A stretch of 64,000 bases of DNA from Longimicrobiales bacterium (GTDB lineage: Bacteria; Gemmatimonadota; Gemmatimonadetes; Longimicrobiales; RSA9), in NCBI GenBank assembly GCA_035512635.1, contig DATKDR010000019.1, forward strand, positions 65,903 to 129,902, written 5' to 3'. Position numbers and translations under genes: made by a program. Every line of letters begins with the position of its first letter. Position 1 is the first letter of the stretch. The notes under the pieces were generated by a model. It was not told the origin of the DNA and ran no database searches. It worked only from the letters and a program-made list of their open reading frames with translations. Shown in pieces: positions 43,184-53,432 of the stretch.

Positions 43184-44470
43184 TCAGCGCTCCACGATGC
43201 GGGCCATGAATTCCGCCTCCGCCGCCAGCTGCCCTTCCACGTAGCCCTCCCCGCGCATGCGGCAGACGTGCCGCCGGAACTGGATCATCTCCAGCTCGAA
43301 GCGGATCTGGTCGCCCGGGATCACCGGGCGCCGCCACTTGACGTTATCGAGCGACATGAAGTAGACGACCTTGTCTTGCGGATTCTCGATCGCGTCCATC
43401 AGCAGCAGCCCGCCACACTGTGCCATCGCCTCGATGATCAGGACACCGGGCATGATCGGGTGACCCGGGTAGTGGCCCTGGAAGAACGGCTCGTTGATGG
43501 TCACGTTCTTGAGGCCGACGATGCGCTTGCCCGGCTCGAAGTCGATGATCCGATCGATCAGCAGCATCGGGTAGCGATGCGGCAGGTACTGCAGGATCTT
43601 CTGGATATCGACGATCGCCTTCGGTTCGGCCGGCTTCTGCGCCGCGAGCATCGCCTTCGCGAGCGCGATGTTGCCTTCGTGACTCGGTCGCTCCGAGACG
43701 ATGTGCGCACGGATGCGGCGGCCGAGCAGCGCGAGGTCGCCCACGACATCGCCGATCTTGTGACGCACGAACTCGTCGGCGAAGCGCAGCTCGCCGCCGG
43801 CGAGGCCCTTCTCGTCCAGCACGATGGCATTGTCCAGGGTCGCACCCAGCGCCAGTCCGCGTGCGCGCAGACCCTCCGCCTCCTTCAGGAAGCCGAAGGT
43901 GCGTGCGGGCGAGATCGCATCCACGAACGCCGTCGTCGCGATGTCGAAGGAGCCGTGCTGCCGCCCGACCAGGGGATGGTCGAACTCGATCGTGGCGGAG
44001 ACGCGGAAGTCGTCCGCGGGGACGGCTACGTAGCGCGCCCCCTTTCCCGTCGAGGCCTCGCACGGAGCGGTGATTTCGAGCACCCGCGCCGGCGCGTCCT
44101 GCTCGATCGGTCCCGCATCCTTGAGGGCGTCCAGGAACGGGCGGAAGCTGCCGTCCATGATCGGCACTTCGGGCCCTGAAAGCTCGACCATCAGGTTGTC
44201 CACCCGAAGCGCGTGGACCGCGGCGAGCAGATGCTCCACCGTGTGCGCTTCCACGTCGCCCGCCGCCAGCTTCGTTTCCCGATCCGTCGCGGCGACGTGC
44301 TCCAGGTCCGCCGGGATCTGCGGGCAACCAGGCAGATCGGAGCGACAGAAGCGGATGCCGCTGCCGGTCTCCGCGGGCAGGAAGCGCACGCGCGCCGGCT
44401 GGCCGGTGTGCAGCCCCGTGCCTTCGAGCTCCGCCGTCCGCTCGATGGTCCGCTGATTCGGAACCTTCAT
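43184..44470 (-). CDS. lpxC-fabZ: Bifunctional UDP-3-O-acyl-GlcNAc deacetylase / 3-hydroxyacyl-ACP dehydratase (LpxC-FabZ fusion)
   Basis: 428 aa. The N-terminal LpxC part reads GTGLHTG...TVEHLLAA...PIMDGS...ARTFGF...FVRHKIGDVVGDLAL. The C-terminal FabZ part reads LPHRYPMLLIDRI...NEPFFQGHYPGHPIMPGVLIIEAMAQ. Confidence 0.9.
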   Translation of the reverse strand: MKVPNQRTIERTAELEGTGLHTGQPARVRFLPAETGSGIRFCRSDLPGCPQIPADLEHVAATDRETKLAAGDVEAHTVEHLLAAVHALRVDNLMVELSGPEVPIMDGSFRPFLDALKDAGPIEQDAPARVLEITAPCEASTGKGARYVAVPADDFRVSATIEFDHPLVGRQHGSFDIATTAFVDAISPARTFGFLKEAEGLRARGLALGATLDNAIVLDEKGLAGGELRFADEFVRHKIGDVVGDLALLGRRIRAHIVSERPSHEGNIALAKAMLAAQKPAEPKAIVDIQKILQYLPHRYPMLLIDRIIDFEPGKRIVGLKNVTINEPFFQGHYPGHPIMPGVLIIEAMAQCGGLLLMDAIENPQDKVVYFMSLDNVKWRRPVIPGDQIRFELEMIQFRRHVCRMRGEGYVEGQLAAEAEFMARIVER

Positions 44471-45510
44471 TCCCCGTCCACCTCTTCCCGGTCCGTCCGA
44501 TTCAGCCGGCGCTCCAGCGCCCGCAGCTTCCGCAGCGTTTCCGGCAGGCGCAACAGCGCCGCCTGCGCACGCAATGCCTCCTTGTGCGGCCGCGCCGGAT
44601 AGCCGCTGTAGACTGCCCCCGCCGGCACGTCGCCGAACACGCCCGCCTGCCCCGCCACCTGCGCACCGTCCCCGATCTCCACGTGGCCGCCGATGCCGGC
44701 CTGCCCGCCGAGCACGGCGTACTGCCCGATCCGGGTGCTGCCCGCCACTCCCGCCTGCGCGACGATGATCGCGTGCGGACCCACCCGCACGTTGTGGCCC
44801 AGGTGCACCAGGTTGTCGATCTTGACGCCGTCACCGATCTCGCTCGCGCCGATGGAGCCTCGGTCGATGGTCGTGTTCGCACCGATCTCGACATCGGCTC
44901 CGATCACGCACGTGCCCACCTGCGGCACCTTCCTGTGCTTCCCCTCCACGTGCACGTAGCCGAATCCGTCGACTCCAGCGCGTACGCCGCTGTGCAGAAT
45001 GCTCCGCGGGCCCACGCTCACGCGGTCGTACAGTGTCACGTGCGGGTACAGGACCGCGTCCTCGCCGATCTCGCAACCGGCGCCGATCACGCTGTGAGCG
45101 CCGATGCGCGCGCGGCCGCCGATGCGCGTGCCCGAGCCGATGACCGCGTACGCCTCGACGCGCACGTCCGCTCCCAGCTTCGCGTCCGCTGCGACCACGG
45201 CCGTCTCGTGCACGCCACCCGCGTGCGCGGGCTCCGGGTACAGCATGTCGAGCACCATCGCGAGCGCCCGATGCGCGTCTTCCACGATGAGCGCGGGTAC
45301 GTCGACGCCCTCCAGCCGATCACTCAGCTTCGCCGCGATCAGCAGCGCGCCCGCGCGGGTGGCGGGAAGATACCGGAGGTATTTGGGGTCAGCAACGAAG
45401 GAAAGGTCGGCTTCGCCCGCGCGCTCGAGGGAGGCGACGCCGCGAATGTCGGGGTCGGCATCTCCATGGCGCCGGCCGCCGACCCGCTCCTGCAACTCGC
45501 TCAGCCTCAC
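44467..45510 (-). CDS. lpxD: UDP-3-O-acylglucosamine N-acyltransferase
   Basis: 347 aa. The N-terminal domain carries LSFVADPKYL, followed by a long hexapeptide-repeat left-handed helix and a C-terminal helix. Confidence 0.9.
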   Translation of the reverse strand: MRLSELQERVGGRRHGDADPDIRGVASLERAGEADLSFVADPKYLRYLPATRAGALLIAAKLSDRLEGVDVPALIVEDAHRALAMVLDMLYPEPAHAGGVHETAVVAADAKLGADVRVEAYAVIGSGTRIGGRARIGAHSVIGAGCEIGEDAVLYPHVTLYDRVSVGPRSILHSGVRAGVDGFGYVHVEGKHRKVPQVGTCVIGADVEIGANTTIDRGSIGASEIGDGVKIDNLVHLGHNVRVGPHAIIVAQAGVAGSTRIGQYAVLGGQAGIGGHVEIGDGAQVAGQAGVFGDVPAGAVYSGYPARPHKEALRAQAALLRLPETLRKLRALERRLNRTDREEVDGE

Positions 45511-45535
45511 CGCCCTCTCCCGACCTCGAAGGGAG

Positions 45536-46069
45536 CTACTCGCTCGAAGCGGTCGAGCGCAGTCGCCTCAGGACTTCCTGTGTGATGTCGAGCGATGCAT
45601 CGGCGGAGATGATTCCTCCTTCCGCCGCGTCCAGCACGAGCGCATAGCCGCGCTCCTCGCGAAGCGCGTCGATCACCTGCTGCACGCGCGCCATGATCGG
45701 CTGGAGCAGCTCCGCCTGGCGCTGGGACGCCTGCTGCTCGAGCTGTACCGCCTGCGTCTGGAAGTCCCGCTGTCGCGTGCGGATCTCCTCCTGCATCTGG
45801 CGCTTCGCTTCGGGCGACAGCATCACCTGGCGCTGGTCGTAGACGGCCATCATCGAGTCGAGGGTCTGCTCCATCGCCTGCACCTGCGTCCGCATTTCAC
45901 CCATCTCGCGTTCCAGCGTCGTCTGCGCCTCTCGCGCGCCTGGCGCCGCCGCAACCACCTGCTGCGAGTTGAGGAACACGACCTGGCCCTGCGTCGCCTG
46001 CTGCGCGTCCGCTCCCTGCGCCAGCACGAGCGCCGCCGCGACCGCGACCCCGAAATTCATGACCTTCAT
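45536..46069 (-). CDS. skp: Periplasmic chaperone Skp (OmpH family)
   Basis: Track ORF 45536..46258 trimmed to the ATG at 46067-46069, with AAGGAG upstream. An alternative ATG at 46093 overlaps the bamA stop. Signal peptide MKVMNFGVAVAAALVLAQGADAQ and a Q/E/R-rich coiled coil. Canonical position between bamA and lpxD. Confidence 0.8.
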   Translation of the reverse strand: MKVMNFGVAVAAALVLAQGADAQQATQGQVVFLNSQQVVAAAPGAREAQTTLEREMGEMRTQVQAMEQTLDSMMAVYDQRQVMLSPEAKRQMQEEIRTRQRDFQTQAVQLEQQASQRQAELLQPIMARVQQVIDALREERGYALVLDAAEGGIISADASLDITQEVLRRLRSTASSE

Positions 46070-46092
46070 CGAAGAACCGCTCCTTTTCGTCA

Positions 46093-48531
46093 TCAGAACA
46101 TCTGTCCGAACTTGAAGTGCAGCTGCCAGCCCGGCACATCCCGATCGAAGCCGTAGGCGTAATCGAGCCCCACCGGTCCGAACGGCGTCACCAGCATCAG
46201 TCCGACGCCCGCGCCACGGAACAGCCGCGTCGGATCGATCTGCGAGGGCTCGTGCCACACGTTGCCCGCGTCGTAGAACACGCCCAGCGACAGGTTGTCG
46301 TTGAAGCGCATCGCGAACTCGCCGCTCAGGCGCATGTACGCGTCACCGAAGCGGCTGGTCAGCGCCACGCCCGGTGCGTTGCGGTCGATGTAGCCTTCCG
46401 GCGTCACCGTCGTCTCGTCGTATCCGCGCAGCGGCCGGCCGAACTGCACGCCGCCCATCCAGAAGCGCTCGAACGGGAAGCGCGCGGGATCGCCCATGAG
46501 CATGCCGAGGTCGGCCGAGAGCCCCAGCGTGAAGCGCACCGGGCGCGCGCCGGGCTGATCGCCGCCCAGCGAGCCCACCGGCACGAACCAGCTGCTCGAA
46601 GCCTGGTACTTCTGGAAGTCGCCGTCGCCGCCCAGCGGCCCGCCGTTGAACTCCATGTCGAACGACTGCCGGCTGCCGACCGTCGGGAAGATCGGATGAT
46701 CCAGCGTCGTGCGGACGAGGCCGCTCGAGAACGTGCTCTGCAGCGCGTCCGGCTGGTTGAAGATCGTCCCCGTCTGTCCCGCGGCCTCCTCGTACGACGT
46801 CTCCGCGATCGAGTAGCCGACGTAGAACCGGGTCCAGCGCGGATCCAGCGGGAACGGATAGCCGACGCGCAGCCCCACACCCGTGCGCCGCCGCTCGCCC
46901 TCGCCGAAGCTGAAGAAGCGGTCCCGGGCGCTGAACAGCGACACCGACCCGCTCCAGCGCGAGTCGAAGATCGCCGGATCCGCGTAGCGCGCCTCGAAGT
47001 TGTTCGACCAGCGACCGAACTCCCAGCGCAGGTGCCCCGACTTCGCCTTGCCGAACAGGTTCGGCTGATCGTAGCCGAGGAACCCGGCGATGCCGATCGT
47101 GCCGCCGCCGATCGCCGTACCGAAGTTCACCGAGCCCGTCTGCCGCTCCTGCACTTCGAACGTGATGTTGACGTCCCCGTCCTCGGTCGGCTCCATCCGC
47201 GGCAACGGCATGGGCGTCTGGAAGAAGCCCAGCGCCGACACCGACCGATAGCTCTGGATGAGCCGGTCCTCGCTGTACACGTCGCCCGGCAGCATCACGA
47301 TCCGGTCGCGGATCACCTGCTCGTGCGTGACCGTATTGCCGACGATCGACACCTGCGCGATGTACGCCGGCTCGCCCTCGCGCACGATCCACGCGACTTC
47401 TACCGCCGGCTGACCCTCGATCTGTGTACGCTGCACCGCGGGCTCGACCTGCGCATACAGGTAGCCGGTGTTGCTGTACAGCCGGCGCACCTCGGCGGTC
47501 GCGGCGCGGAACGCCGTCGCGTCAAACACGGGACGGCCATTCACGCTGCGCGCGGCTCGCCCCAGACCGAGCGTCCCCAGCAAACCGCCGCGGGCCGGAT
47601 CGAAGTACCGCCTCAGCTCTTCGCTCGGGAAACGACGGTTGCCCTGGATCTCGAAATCGCTCAGCACGTACTGCGGCCCCTCGTCGACGGTGATGACGAG
47701 CCGCGCCTTGCCGCTGGCCTGATCGACGATGAGCGTGTCATTGGTGACGGCAAAGTCGATGAAGCCCCAGCTGCCGTAGAAGTCGGGGAGCGCCTGACGC
47801 AGGTCGGAGCGGAGGATCAGCGGATCGTACGTGCCGCTGCGGAACCAGAGGAAGCCCTCCTCGCCCGTCGACATCACGTCGAGGAGCTGGTCCTCGGAGA
47901 ACGTGGCGTTGCCGACGAAATCGATCTCGGCGATGGCGACCCGGGTTCCCTCGTCGATGTCGAACACGAGCCGCACTTCGTTGGGCCGATCGGCCAGCGG
48001 CTCGATCGTGTGCTCGATGCTGCGCGCGGCGAATCCCTCCTGCGCGAGCTGATCGCGGATCATCGTCTCCGCTTCGGCGATGCGCGCGGGATCCAGCGGC
48101 TCACCGCTGCGCAGGCCCACGGTGTCGCGCACCTGGTCGCCGTCGACGTGCTCGAGTCCGCGCATGACGATCTGCGATACGATCGGCTGCTCCTCGACGG
48201 CGATCACGAGGATCACGCCGCCGCCGAGCGGCCCTTCCCCCGCGCGCGCTTCGATGCGCACATCGGCGAACTGGCCGGTGGCCCACAGGCGCCGCAGCGC
48301 ACGCTGGATCTCGCGGTAGCCGACGGCGTCGCCGGGATGAAGGCCGGCGATGATCTGGATCTCGGCCGGCGCCTCGCGAACGGCGCCCTCCACCACGACC
48401 GAATCGACGGTCACGCTCTGCGGCTGCTGTTGCTCCTGCGCCGCGGCTGGAACCGTCAACAGAACGGCGGCCGCGACGCCTGTCGCCAGGCGCCGCGCCG
48501 CCGCCGTGAAGCGGACTGCTTTGAAGATCAT
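46093..48531 (-). CDS. bamA: Outer membrane protein assembly factor BamA
   Basis: Track ORF 46093..50040 trimmed to the ATG at 48529-48531 (MIFKAVRF...). Signal peptide ending AAAQ, POTRA repeats ([44 protein letters not shown]), and an Omp85 barrel ending ...[12 protein letters not shown]. Confidence 0.9.
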   Translation of the reverse strand: MIFKAVRFTAAARRLATGVAAAVLLTVPAAAQEQQQPQSVTVDSVVVEGAVREAPAEIQIIAGLHPGDAVGYREIQRALRRLWATGQFADVRIEARAGEGPLGGGVILVIAVEEQPIVSQIVMRGLEHVDGDQVRDTVGLRSGEPLDPARIAEAETMIRDQLAQEGFAARSIEHTIEPLADRPNEVRLVFDIDEGTRVAIAEIDFVGNATFSEDQLLDVMSTGEEGFLWFRSGTYDPLILRSDLRQALPDFYGSWGFIDFAVTNDTLIVDQASGKARLVITVDEGPQYVLSDFEIQGNRRFPSEELRRYFDPARGGLLGTLGLGRAARSVNGRPVFDATAFRAATAEVRRLYSNTGYLYAQVEPAVQRTQIEGQPAVEVAWIVREGEPAYIAQVSIVGNTVTHEQVIRDRIVMLPGDVYSEDRLIQSYRSVSALGFFQTPMPLPRMEPTEDGDVNITFEVQERQTGSVNFGTAIGGGTIGIAGFLGYDQPNLFGKAKSGHLRWEFGRWSNNFEARYADPAIFDSRWSGSVSLFSARDRFFSFGEGERRRTGVGLRVGYPFPLDPRWTRFYVGYSIAETSYEEAAGQTGTIFNQPDALQSTFSSGLVRTTLDHPIFPTVGSRQSFDMEFNGGPLGGDGDFQKYQASSSWFVPVGSLGGDQPGARPVRFTLGLSADLGMLMGDPARFPFERFWMGGVQFGRPLRGYDETTVTPEGYIDRNAPGVALTSRFGDAYMRLSGEFAMRFNDNLSLGVFYDAGNVWHEPSQIDPTRLFRGAGVGLMLVTPFGPVGLDYAYGFDRDVPGWQLHFKFGQMF

Positions 48532-51002
48532 GTGTTCGTGGACGACAGTACTTTGAAGTCGAGTGAATCGCCTTCGGCCGCCACGCTCGCCTCGATCTCG
48601 TCCCCCGGATCGTACTCGGCCGTCAGGATCTTCTCCGACAGCGGGTCCTCCAGGTAACGCTGGATCGCGCGACGCAGCGGTCGGGCGCCGAATGTCTCGT
48701 CGTACCCGCGCTCCACCAGGAAGGCCACCGCCTCGTCCGTCAGACGAAGCTTCAGCTCCTCCTCCTTCAGCCGGTCCTGCAGCTCGCGCAGCATGATGTG
48801 CACGATCCGGCCGATCTCCTCCCGGCTCAGCGGGTGGAATACGATGACGTCGTCGATGCGGTTCAGGAACTCCGGATTGAACGCGCGCTCGATCTCCTCC
48901 TTCACCTTCTCCTGCATCGCCGTGTAGCTCGTCTCCGAACCACCCGGGTGGAAGCCGAGCGTGCGGCCCTTCGAGATGTCCCGCGCACCCAGATTCGACG
49001 TCATGATGATGACCGTGTTCTTGAAGTCGATCACACGACCGTAGTTGTCCGTCAGGTGCCCCTCGTCCAGCACCTGGAGCAGGATGTTGAAGACGTCCGG
49101 ATGTGCCTTCTCGATCTCGTCCAGCAGCACCACGCTGTACGGCTTGCGACGGACGGCCTTCGTGAGCGCGCCGGAATCCTCGTAGCCGACGTAGCCCGGA
49201 GGGGCGCCGATCAGCCGCGACACGGAGAACTTCTCCATGTACTCGCTCATGTCGACCCGGATCAGCGCGTCCCGGTCGGCGAACAGGAACTCCGCCAGCG
49301 CCCGCGCCAGCTCCGTCTTGCCGACGCCCGTCGGACCGCTGAAGATGAAGCTGCCGATCGGACGGTGCGGGTTCTTGAGACCGGCGCGGCTGCGACGGAT
49401 CGCGCGACTGATCGCCGCGATCGCCTCCTCCTGCCCGATCACCCGCTTGTGCAGCTCGTCCTCCATGTGGATGAGGCGAGCCGTCTCTGCCTCCTGCAGA
49501 CGGGTCACCGGAACGCCGGTCCAGCGGCTGACGATGAACGCGACTTCCTCCGCGCCGATGACCGGCCGGTGGCTCTTGCGTTCCTCCTCCCATGCCTCCT
49601 GACGCGACTCGATCTCGTCCTGGAGCTCGCGCTCGCGATCCCGCAGCTCGGCCGCCCGCTCGAAGTCCTGCTCGCGGATCGCGCCGTCCTTGTCCGCGCC
49701 CAGCTTCTCCATCGCGCCCTTCAGCTCCGCGACTTCCGGCGGCGGCACCTGCGTCGCCAGACGCGCGCGCGCACCCGCCTCGTCGATGACGTCGATCGCC
49801 TTGTCTGGCAGGAAGCGGTCGGTGATGTAGCGCTCCGACAGCCGCGCCGACGTCGCCAGCGTCTCGTCGGGGATCACCACCTTGTGGTGCTCCTCGTAGT
49901 GCTTCCGCAGACCCTTCAGGATCTCGATCGTCTCGTCCACCGACGGCGGATCCACGATCACGGTCTGGAAGCGCCGCTCGAGCGCGCCGTCCTTCTCTAT
50001 GTACTTGCGGTACTCGTTCAGCGTCGACGCACCCACGCACTGGAGCTCGCCGCGCGCGAGCGCCGGCTTCAGCATGTTCGAGGCGTCGATCGCGCCTTCG
50101 GCCGCGCCCGCGCCGACCAGCGTGTGCAGCTCGTCGATGAACAGGATCACGTTCTTGTTCTGCGCGATCTCGTTCATGATCGCCTTGAGCCGCTCCTCGA
50201 ACTGGCCGCGGTACTTCGTGCCCGCGATCACCGCCGCCATGTCCAGCGCCAGCACGCGATTGTCCTTCAGGCTGTCCGGGCAGTCGCCGTTCGCGATCAG
50301 CTGCGCCAGACCTTCCACGATCGCCGTCTTGCCCACGCCCGGCTCGCCGATCAGCACCGGGTTGTTCTTCTTCCGGCGCGACAGCACCTCCATCACGCGC
50401 TCGATCTCCTTCGCGCGGCCGATGGTCGGGTCCAGCTCCTCGTTCGCGGCGAGCTCCGTCAGGTCGCGGCAGAAATGGTCCAGCGCCGGCGTCTTCGACT
50501 TCTTCTCGCTCTTGGGCGCTACGCTGCCCGGTCCGGTCACGCTAGACGTCGGCGACGGGCTCACGTCGCTGCCCAGGATCTTCAGCGTCTGCGCGCGCGC
50601 TTCCTCGAGCGTGACGCCGAGCGACTGGAGCACCTGCGCGGCGATGCCCTTCTCCTCGCGCAGCAGACCGAGCAGGAGGTGCTCGGTGCCGACGTAGGAG
50701 TGGTTCAGCTCGCGCGCCTCCGCCATCGCGTACTCCAGCACCTTCTTCGCACGCGACGTGTACGGCAGCTCGCCCAGCGCGATGGTCGCCTTCCCCTTGC
50801 GAACCGATTCCTCGACCCGCTCGTGCACCTGTTCAAGGTCCACGTTCAGGTTCATGAGGACCGCCGCCGCGACACCTTCCCCTTCCCGGATCAGGCCGAG
50901 GAGAATGTGCTCCGTCCCCACGTAGTCGTGCTGGAGGCGGATCGCCTCCTCACGAGCCATTGCGAGGACTTTGCGGACACGATCCGTGAAATTGTAGTTC
51001 AT
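48528..51002 (-). CDS. clpC: ATP-dependent Clp protease ATP-binding subunit ClpC
   Basis: 824 aa. Double Clp_N ([10 protein letters not shown] / [10 protein letters not shown]), Walker [10 protein letters not shown] and GPTGVGKTE, a UVR-like linker ([11 protein letters not shown]), and sensor regions. Its stop overlaps the bamA ATG (ATGA). Confidence 0.9.
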   Translation of the reverse strand: MNYNFTDRVRKVLAMAREEAIRLQHDYVGTEHILLGLIREGEGVAAAVLMNLNVDLEQVHERVEESVRKGKATIALGELPYTSRAKKVLEYAMAEARELNHSYVGTEHLLLGLLREEKGIAAQVLQSLGVTLEEARAQTLKILGSDVSPSPTSSVTGPGSVAPKSEKKSKTPALDHFCRDLTELAANEELDPTIGRAKEIERVMEVLSRRKKNNPVLIGEPGVGKTAIVEGLAQLIANGDCPDSLKDNRVLALDMAAVIAGTKYRGQFEERLKAIMNEIAQNKNVILFIDELHTLVGAGAAEGAIDASNMLKPALARGELQCVGASTLNEYRKYIEKDGALERRFQTVIVDPPSVDETIEILKGLRKHYEEHHKVVIPDETLATSARLSERYITDRFLPDKAIDVIDEAGARARLATQVPPPEVAELKGAMEKLGADKDGAIREQDFERAAELRDRERELQDEIESRQEAWEEERKSHRPVIGAEEVAFIVSRWTGVPVTRLQEAETARLIHMEDELHKRVIGQEEAIAAISRAIRRSRAGLKNPHRPIGSFIFSGPTGVGKTELARALAEFLFADRDALIRVDMSEYMEKFSVSRLIGAPPGYVGYEDSGALTKAVRRKPYSVVLLDEIEKAHPDVFNILLQVLDEGHLTDNYGRVIDFKNTVIIMTSNLGARDISKGRTLGFHPGGSETSYTAMQEKVKEEIERAFNPEFLNRIDDVIVFHPLSREEIGRIVHIMLRELQDRLKEEELKLRLTDEAVAFLVERGYDETFGARPLRRAIQRYLEDPLSEKILTAEYDPGDEIEASVAAEGDSLDFKVLSSTNT

Positions 51003-51056
51003 CGGGTCCCTCGACTCCGTACGGGGTTCCCTGGTCGCCGTCGATCCAGGGTCACG

Positions 51057-52172
51057 TCAATTGCTCTGTTCGGTTGCGGGCGGCTCTTCCGGCGCGGCTC
51101 CCTCGTCCACCAGCGCACGCCGTACGTACGTCGCGCGGTGAAGGTCGGCTTCCTGTTCGTTGAGCACGCGCCCCGCCGCCTGGTTGAGGTGGGCGACCTG
51201 GGACAGAATCATCATCCTGTTGAGCGAATATACACGGAGCTCGGGGATCAGTTTCAAGCTGACGCCCAGCCGGACTCCGCTCAGCAGGTTCATGGCCTCG
51301 TCGAAGGAAAGGGAGTGCGCGTACCGGAGCAGCCCGTAGGCGCGCCAGATCTTGTCCTCGATGATGTGGCGGGCATCCCGCCGCAGTACGGCGCGGGCCC
51401 GCCGCTCGTACTCGATCACTTGCCGCACGATTTTCTGCAGGTGGTCGATCAGGTCTTCTTCGCTCTTGCCGAGTGTCGTCTGGTTCGAGACCTGGAAGAA
51501 GTTGCCCACGACTTCCGATCCCTCGCCGTACAGTCCCCGGAACGTCAGTCCGACCTGGTTGATACCCTGGAGGACCTTGCCGATTTCCTTGGTCAGCACG
51601 AGGCCCGGCAGGTGGATCAGGATGGAGGCGCGCAGCCCCGTCCCGGCGTTGGTCGGACAACTCGTAAGATAGCCGAACTCGGGATGGTATGCGAACGGCA
51701 GATGCGTCCCGAGCTCGTCGTCCAGATGATCGACCAGGGCGAAGGCTTCCTCGAGCCGGAGCCCCGAGAGCAGGCTCTGGAGACGGAGGTGATCCTCCTC
51801 GTTGACCATGGCGCTCAGCCGCTCGTCACGGGCGAGGAGCAGCCCCGAGCCGCTCAGCGCCTCCCGGCCGTCGCCTTCTCCCGCCAGCTCGCGCGAGATG
51901 AGGTGGCGCTCGAGCAGGACGCGCCGGGAGACGACGGGCAGATCGGCGATGTGAACGCAATGGCCGCCGGCCAGACCGGTCTGTCGTTCGGCGACGTCCA
52001 CGATCTGATCGAAGATCGCGCGCCGCTCCTCTGTGGGCAGGCGGCGGGTGTACGCGTGCCCCTGGAGATTGCGCGCGAGGCGCACGCGCGTCGACAGCAC
52101 GACGTCCGCGTCCTCGCCGTCCGCGGCGAGCCAGTCGAGCCCGAAATCGGGACTGCGTGCAGGATCGATCAT
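51057..52172 (-). CDS. mcsB: Protein arginine kinase McsB (ATP:guanido phosphotransferase)
   Basis: Track ORF 51057..52583 trimmed to the ATG at 52170-52172. VVLSTRVRLARNL...NEEDHLRLQ...LTSCPTNAGTGLRASILIHLPGL...FRGLYGEGSE...FQVSNQ. Confidence 0.85.
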   Translation of the reverse strand: MIDPARSPDFGLDWLAADGEDADVVLSTRVRLARNLQGHAYTRRLPTEERRAIFDQIVDVAERQTGLAGGHCVHIADLPVVSRRVLLERHLISRELAGEGDGREALSGSGLLLARDERLSAMVNEEDHLRLQSLLSGLRLEEAFALVDHLDDELGTHLPFAYHPEFGYLTSCPTNAGTGLRASILIHLPGLVLTKEIGKVLQGINQVGLTFRGLYGEGSEVVGNFFQVSNQTTLGKSEEDLIDHLQKIVRQVIEYERRARAVLRRDARHIIEDKIWRAYGLLRYAHSLSFDEAMNLLSGVRLGVSLKLIPELRVYSLNRMMILSQVAHLNQAAGRVLNEQEADLHRATYVRRALVDEGAAPEEPPATEQSN

Positions 52173-52666
52173 GTGCGTGCGGCCTCCAGCGAGCGGATCT
52201 CGTCGCGCAGCTCGGCCGCCCGCTCGAAGTCCTCGGCGTCGACTGCGCGTGCCAGCCGGCGTCGCAGCCCCATCAGGCGTCGCTCCAGCTCCGCCTCGCT
52301 CGGGTCCGGCGGCAGGTAGACCTTGCCGACGTGCTGCGTGCCGCCGTGCAACCGTCGCAGCAGCGTGCGCAGATGCCGCTCGAGCGCGGCATAGCAGTGC
52401 GAGCAGCCGAGCCGGCCGACCTTCTTGAACTCGGCGAGGTCGGTACCGCAGAACGGGCAGCGCGCCTCTTCCTGCCCGGTCGGCTCCCCGCCCTCGTTCA
52501 TCTTCGCCAGGAAGTCGGTGAGCGGAAAATCGCCCGGCGTCGCGGACGGGCTCAGCCCCTTCTCCGCGGCGCACGACTCGCACAGGTGCGATGTCGAGAC
52601 TTCGTTGTTCTGGATCTCGGTGAAGTGGATCACGGCCTTCCGCTCACCGCACTGGTCACACACCAT
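52169..52666 (-). CDS. mcsA: McsA, zinc-finger/UVR activator of the protein arginine kinase
   Basis: 165 aa. It has four CxxC pairs (CDQC, CESC, CPFC, CSHC) and a C-terminal UVR motif ([21 protein letters not shown]). ATGA overlap with mcsB. Confidence 0.85.
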   Translation of the reverse strand: MVCDQCGERKAVIHFTEIQNNEVSTSHLCESCAAEKGLSPSATPGDFPLTDFLAKMNEGGEPTGQEEARCPFCGTDLAEFKKVGRLGCSHCYAALERHLRTLLRRLHGGTQHVGKVYLPPDPSEAELERRLMGLRRRLARAVDAEDFERAAELRDEIRSLEAART

Positions 52667-52667
52667 G

Positions 52668-53432
52668 CTATTCCTGCGTCGTGTACAGGTCTACGAGTCG
52701 GCCTTCGCGCAGCTGCAGCACCCGGTCGGCGCGGTCCGCCAGCTCGCGGTTGTGCGTCGCGATCATCATTGCGACTCCGTGCTCGCTCCGGAGCCGGAAG
52801 AACAGGTCGTGCAGCCGCTCGCTCGTATGCGTGTCGAGGTTGCCGCTGGGCTCGTCCGCGAGCAGGACGAGCGGCCGGTTCGCGAGCGCCCGGGCGACGG
52901 CGACGCGCTGCTGCTCGCCGCCGCTCAACTGCCACGGCCGGTGCAGCGCGCGGGGACCCAGCCCCACCTGATCGAGGAGCTCGCGCGCGCGGGCTTCCAC
53001 TTCCTTCGTCGGCTGCCGTCCGATCAGCCCGGGCATCATCACGTTCTCCAGCGCGTTGAACTCGCGGAGCAGGTGATGGAACTGGAAGACGAAGCCGAGG
53101 CGGGCGTTCCTGACCTCGGCCACGCGGGTGTCGGACAGCGTGTCCAGCCGCTCCCCCGCGAGCGTCACCGTGCCCAACGTGGGACGATCGAGGCCACCCA
53201 GCAGGTGGAGCAGCGTGGACTTGCCGGCGCCGCTCGCGCCGACCACGGCTACGACTTCCCCCCGTGCGACCTCGACCCCTACCCCGTCGAGCACGACGAG
53301 TTCGCTGCCGTCGCCCGCGCGGTAGACCTTCCGCAGATCCTCCCCCAGCAGGACCCGCTGGCGTGTGGCCGCCGACGGGTTGTGTTCCCGCTCCGCGGGC
53401 CAGCGGTCCGGGATCGCGCCTCCGTTAGTCAT
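52668..53432 (-). CDS. lolD: Lipoprotein-releasing system ATP-binding protein LolD
   Basis: 254 aa. Walker A GASGAGKSTLL, FVFQFHHLLREFNALENV (typical LolD region), signature LSGGEQQRVAVARAL, Walker B VLLADEP. Confidence 0.85.
   Translation of the reverse strand: MTNGGAIPDRWPAEREHNPSAATRQRVLLGEDLRKVYRAGDGSELVVLDGVGVEVARGEVVAVVGASGAGKSTLLHLLGGLDRPTLGTVTLAGERLDTLSDTRVAEVRNARLGFVFQFHHLLREFNALENVMMPGLIGRQPTKEVEARARELLDQVGLGPRALHRPWQLSGGEQQRVAVARALANRPLVLLADEPSGNLDTHTSERLHDLFFRLRSEHGVAMMIATHNRELADRADRVLQLREGRLVDLYTTQE

Noticed and set aside
46069-46095. Tandem TGA-TGA at the bamA end and an ATG at 46093 as the skp start.
   Set aside because: Either ATG gives a valid signal peptide. The downstream ATG at 46069 has an AAGGAG box, so the upstream start is kept only as an alternative and is not called a separate feature.
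46093-50040. 1315-aa track ORF suggesting a giant BamA.
   Set aside because: The N-terminal ~500 aa are an out-of-frame read through clpC with junk composition. The recognisable BamA with its signal peptide begins at the ATG at 48529-48531. The same over-extension was trimmed for ORFs starting at 11466, 12321, 14426, 15321, 20040, 23515, 23745, 24710, 25219, 31096, 38155, 38910, 39674, 52583, 61380 and 63005.
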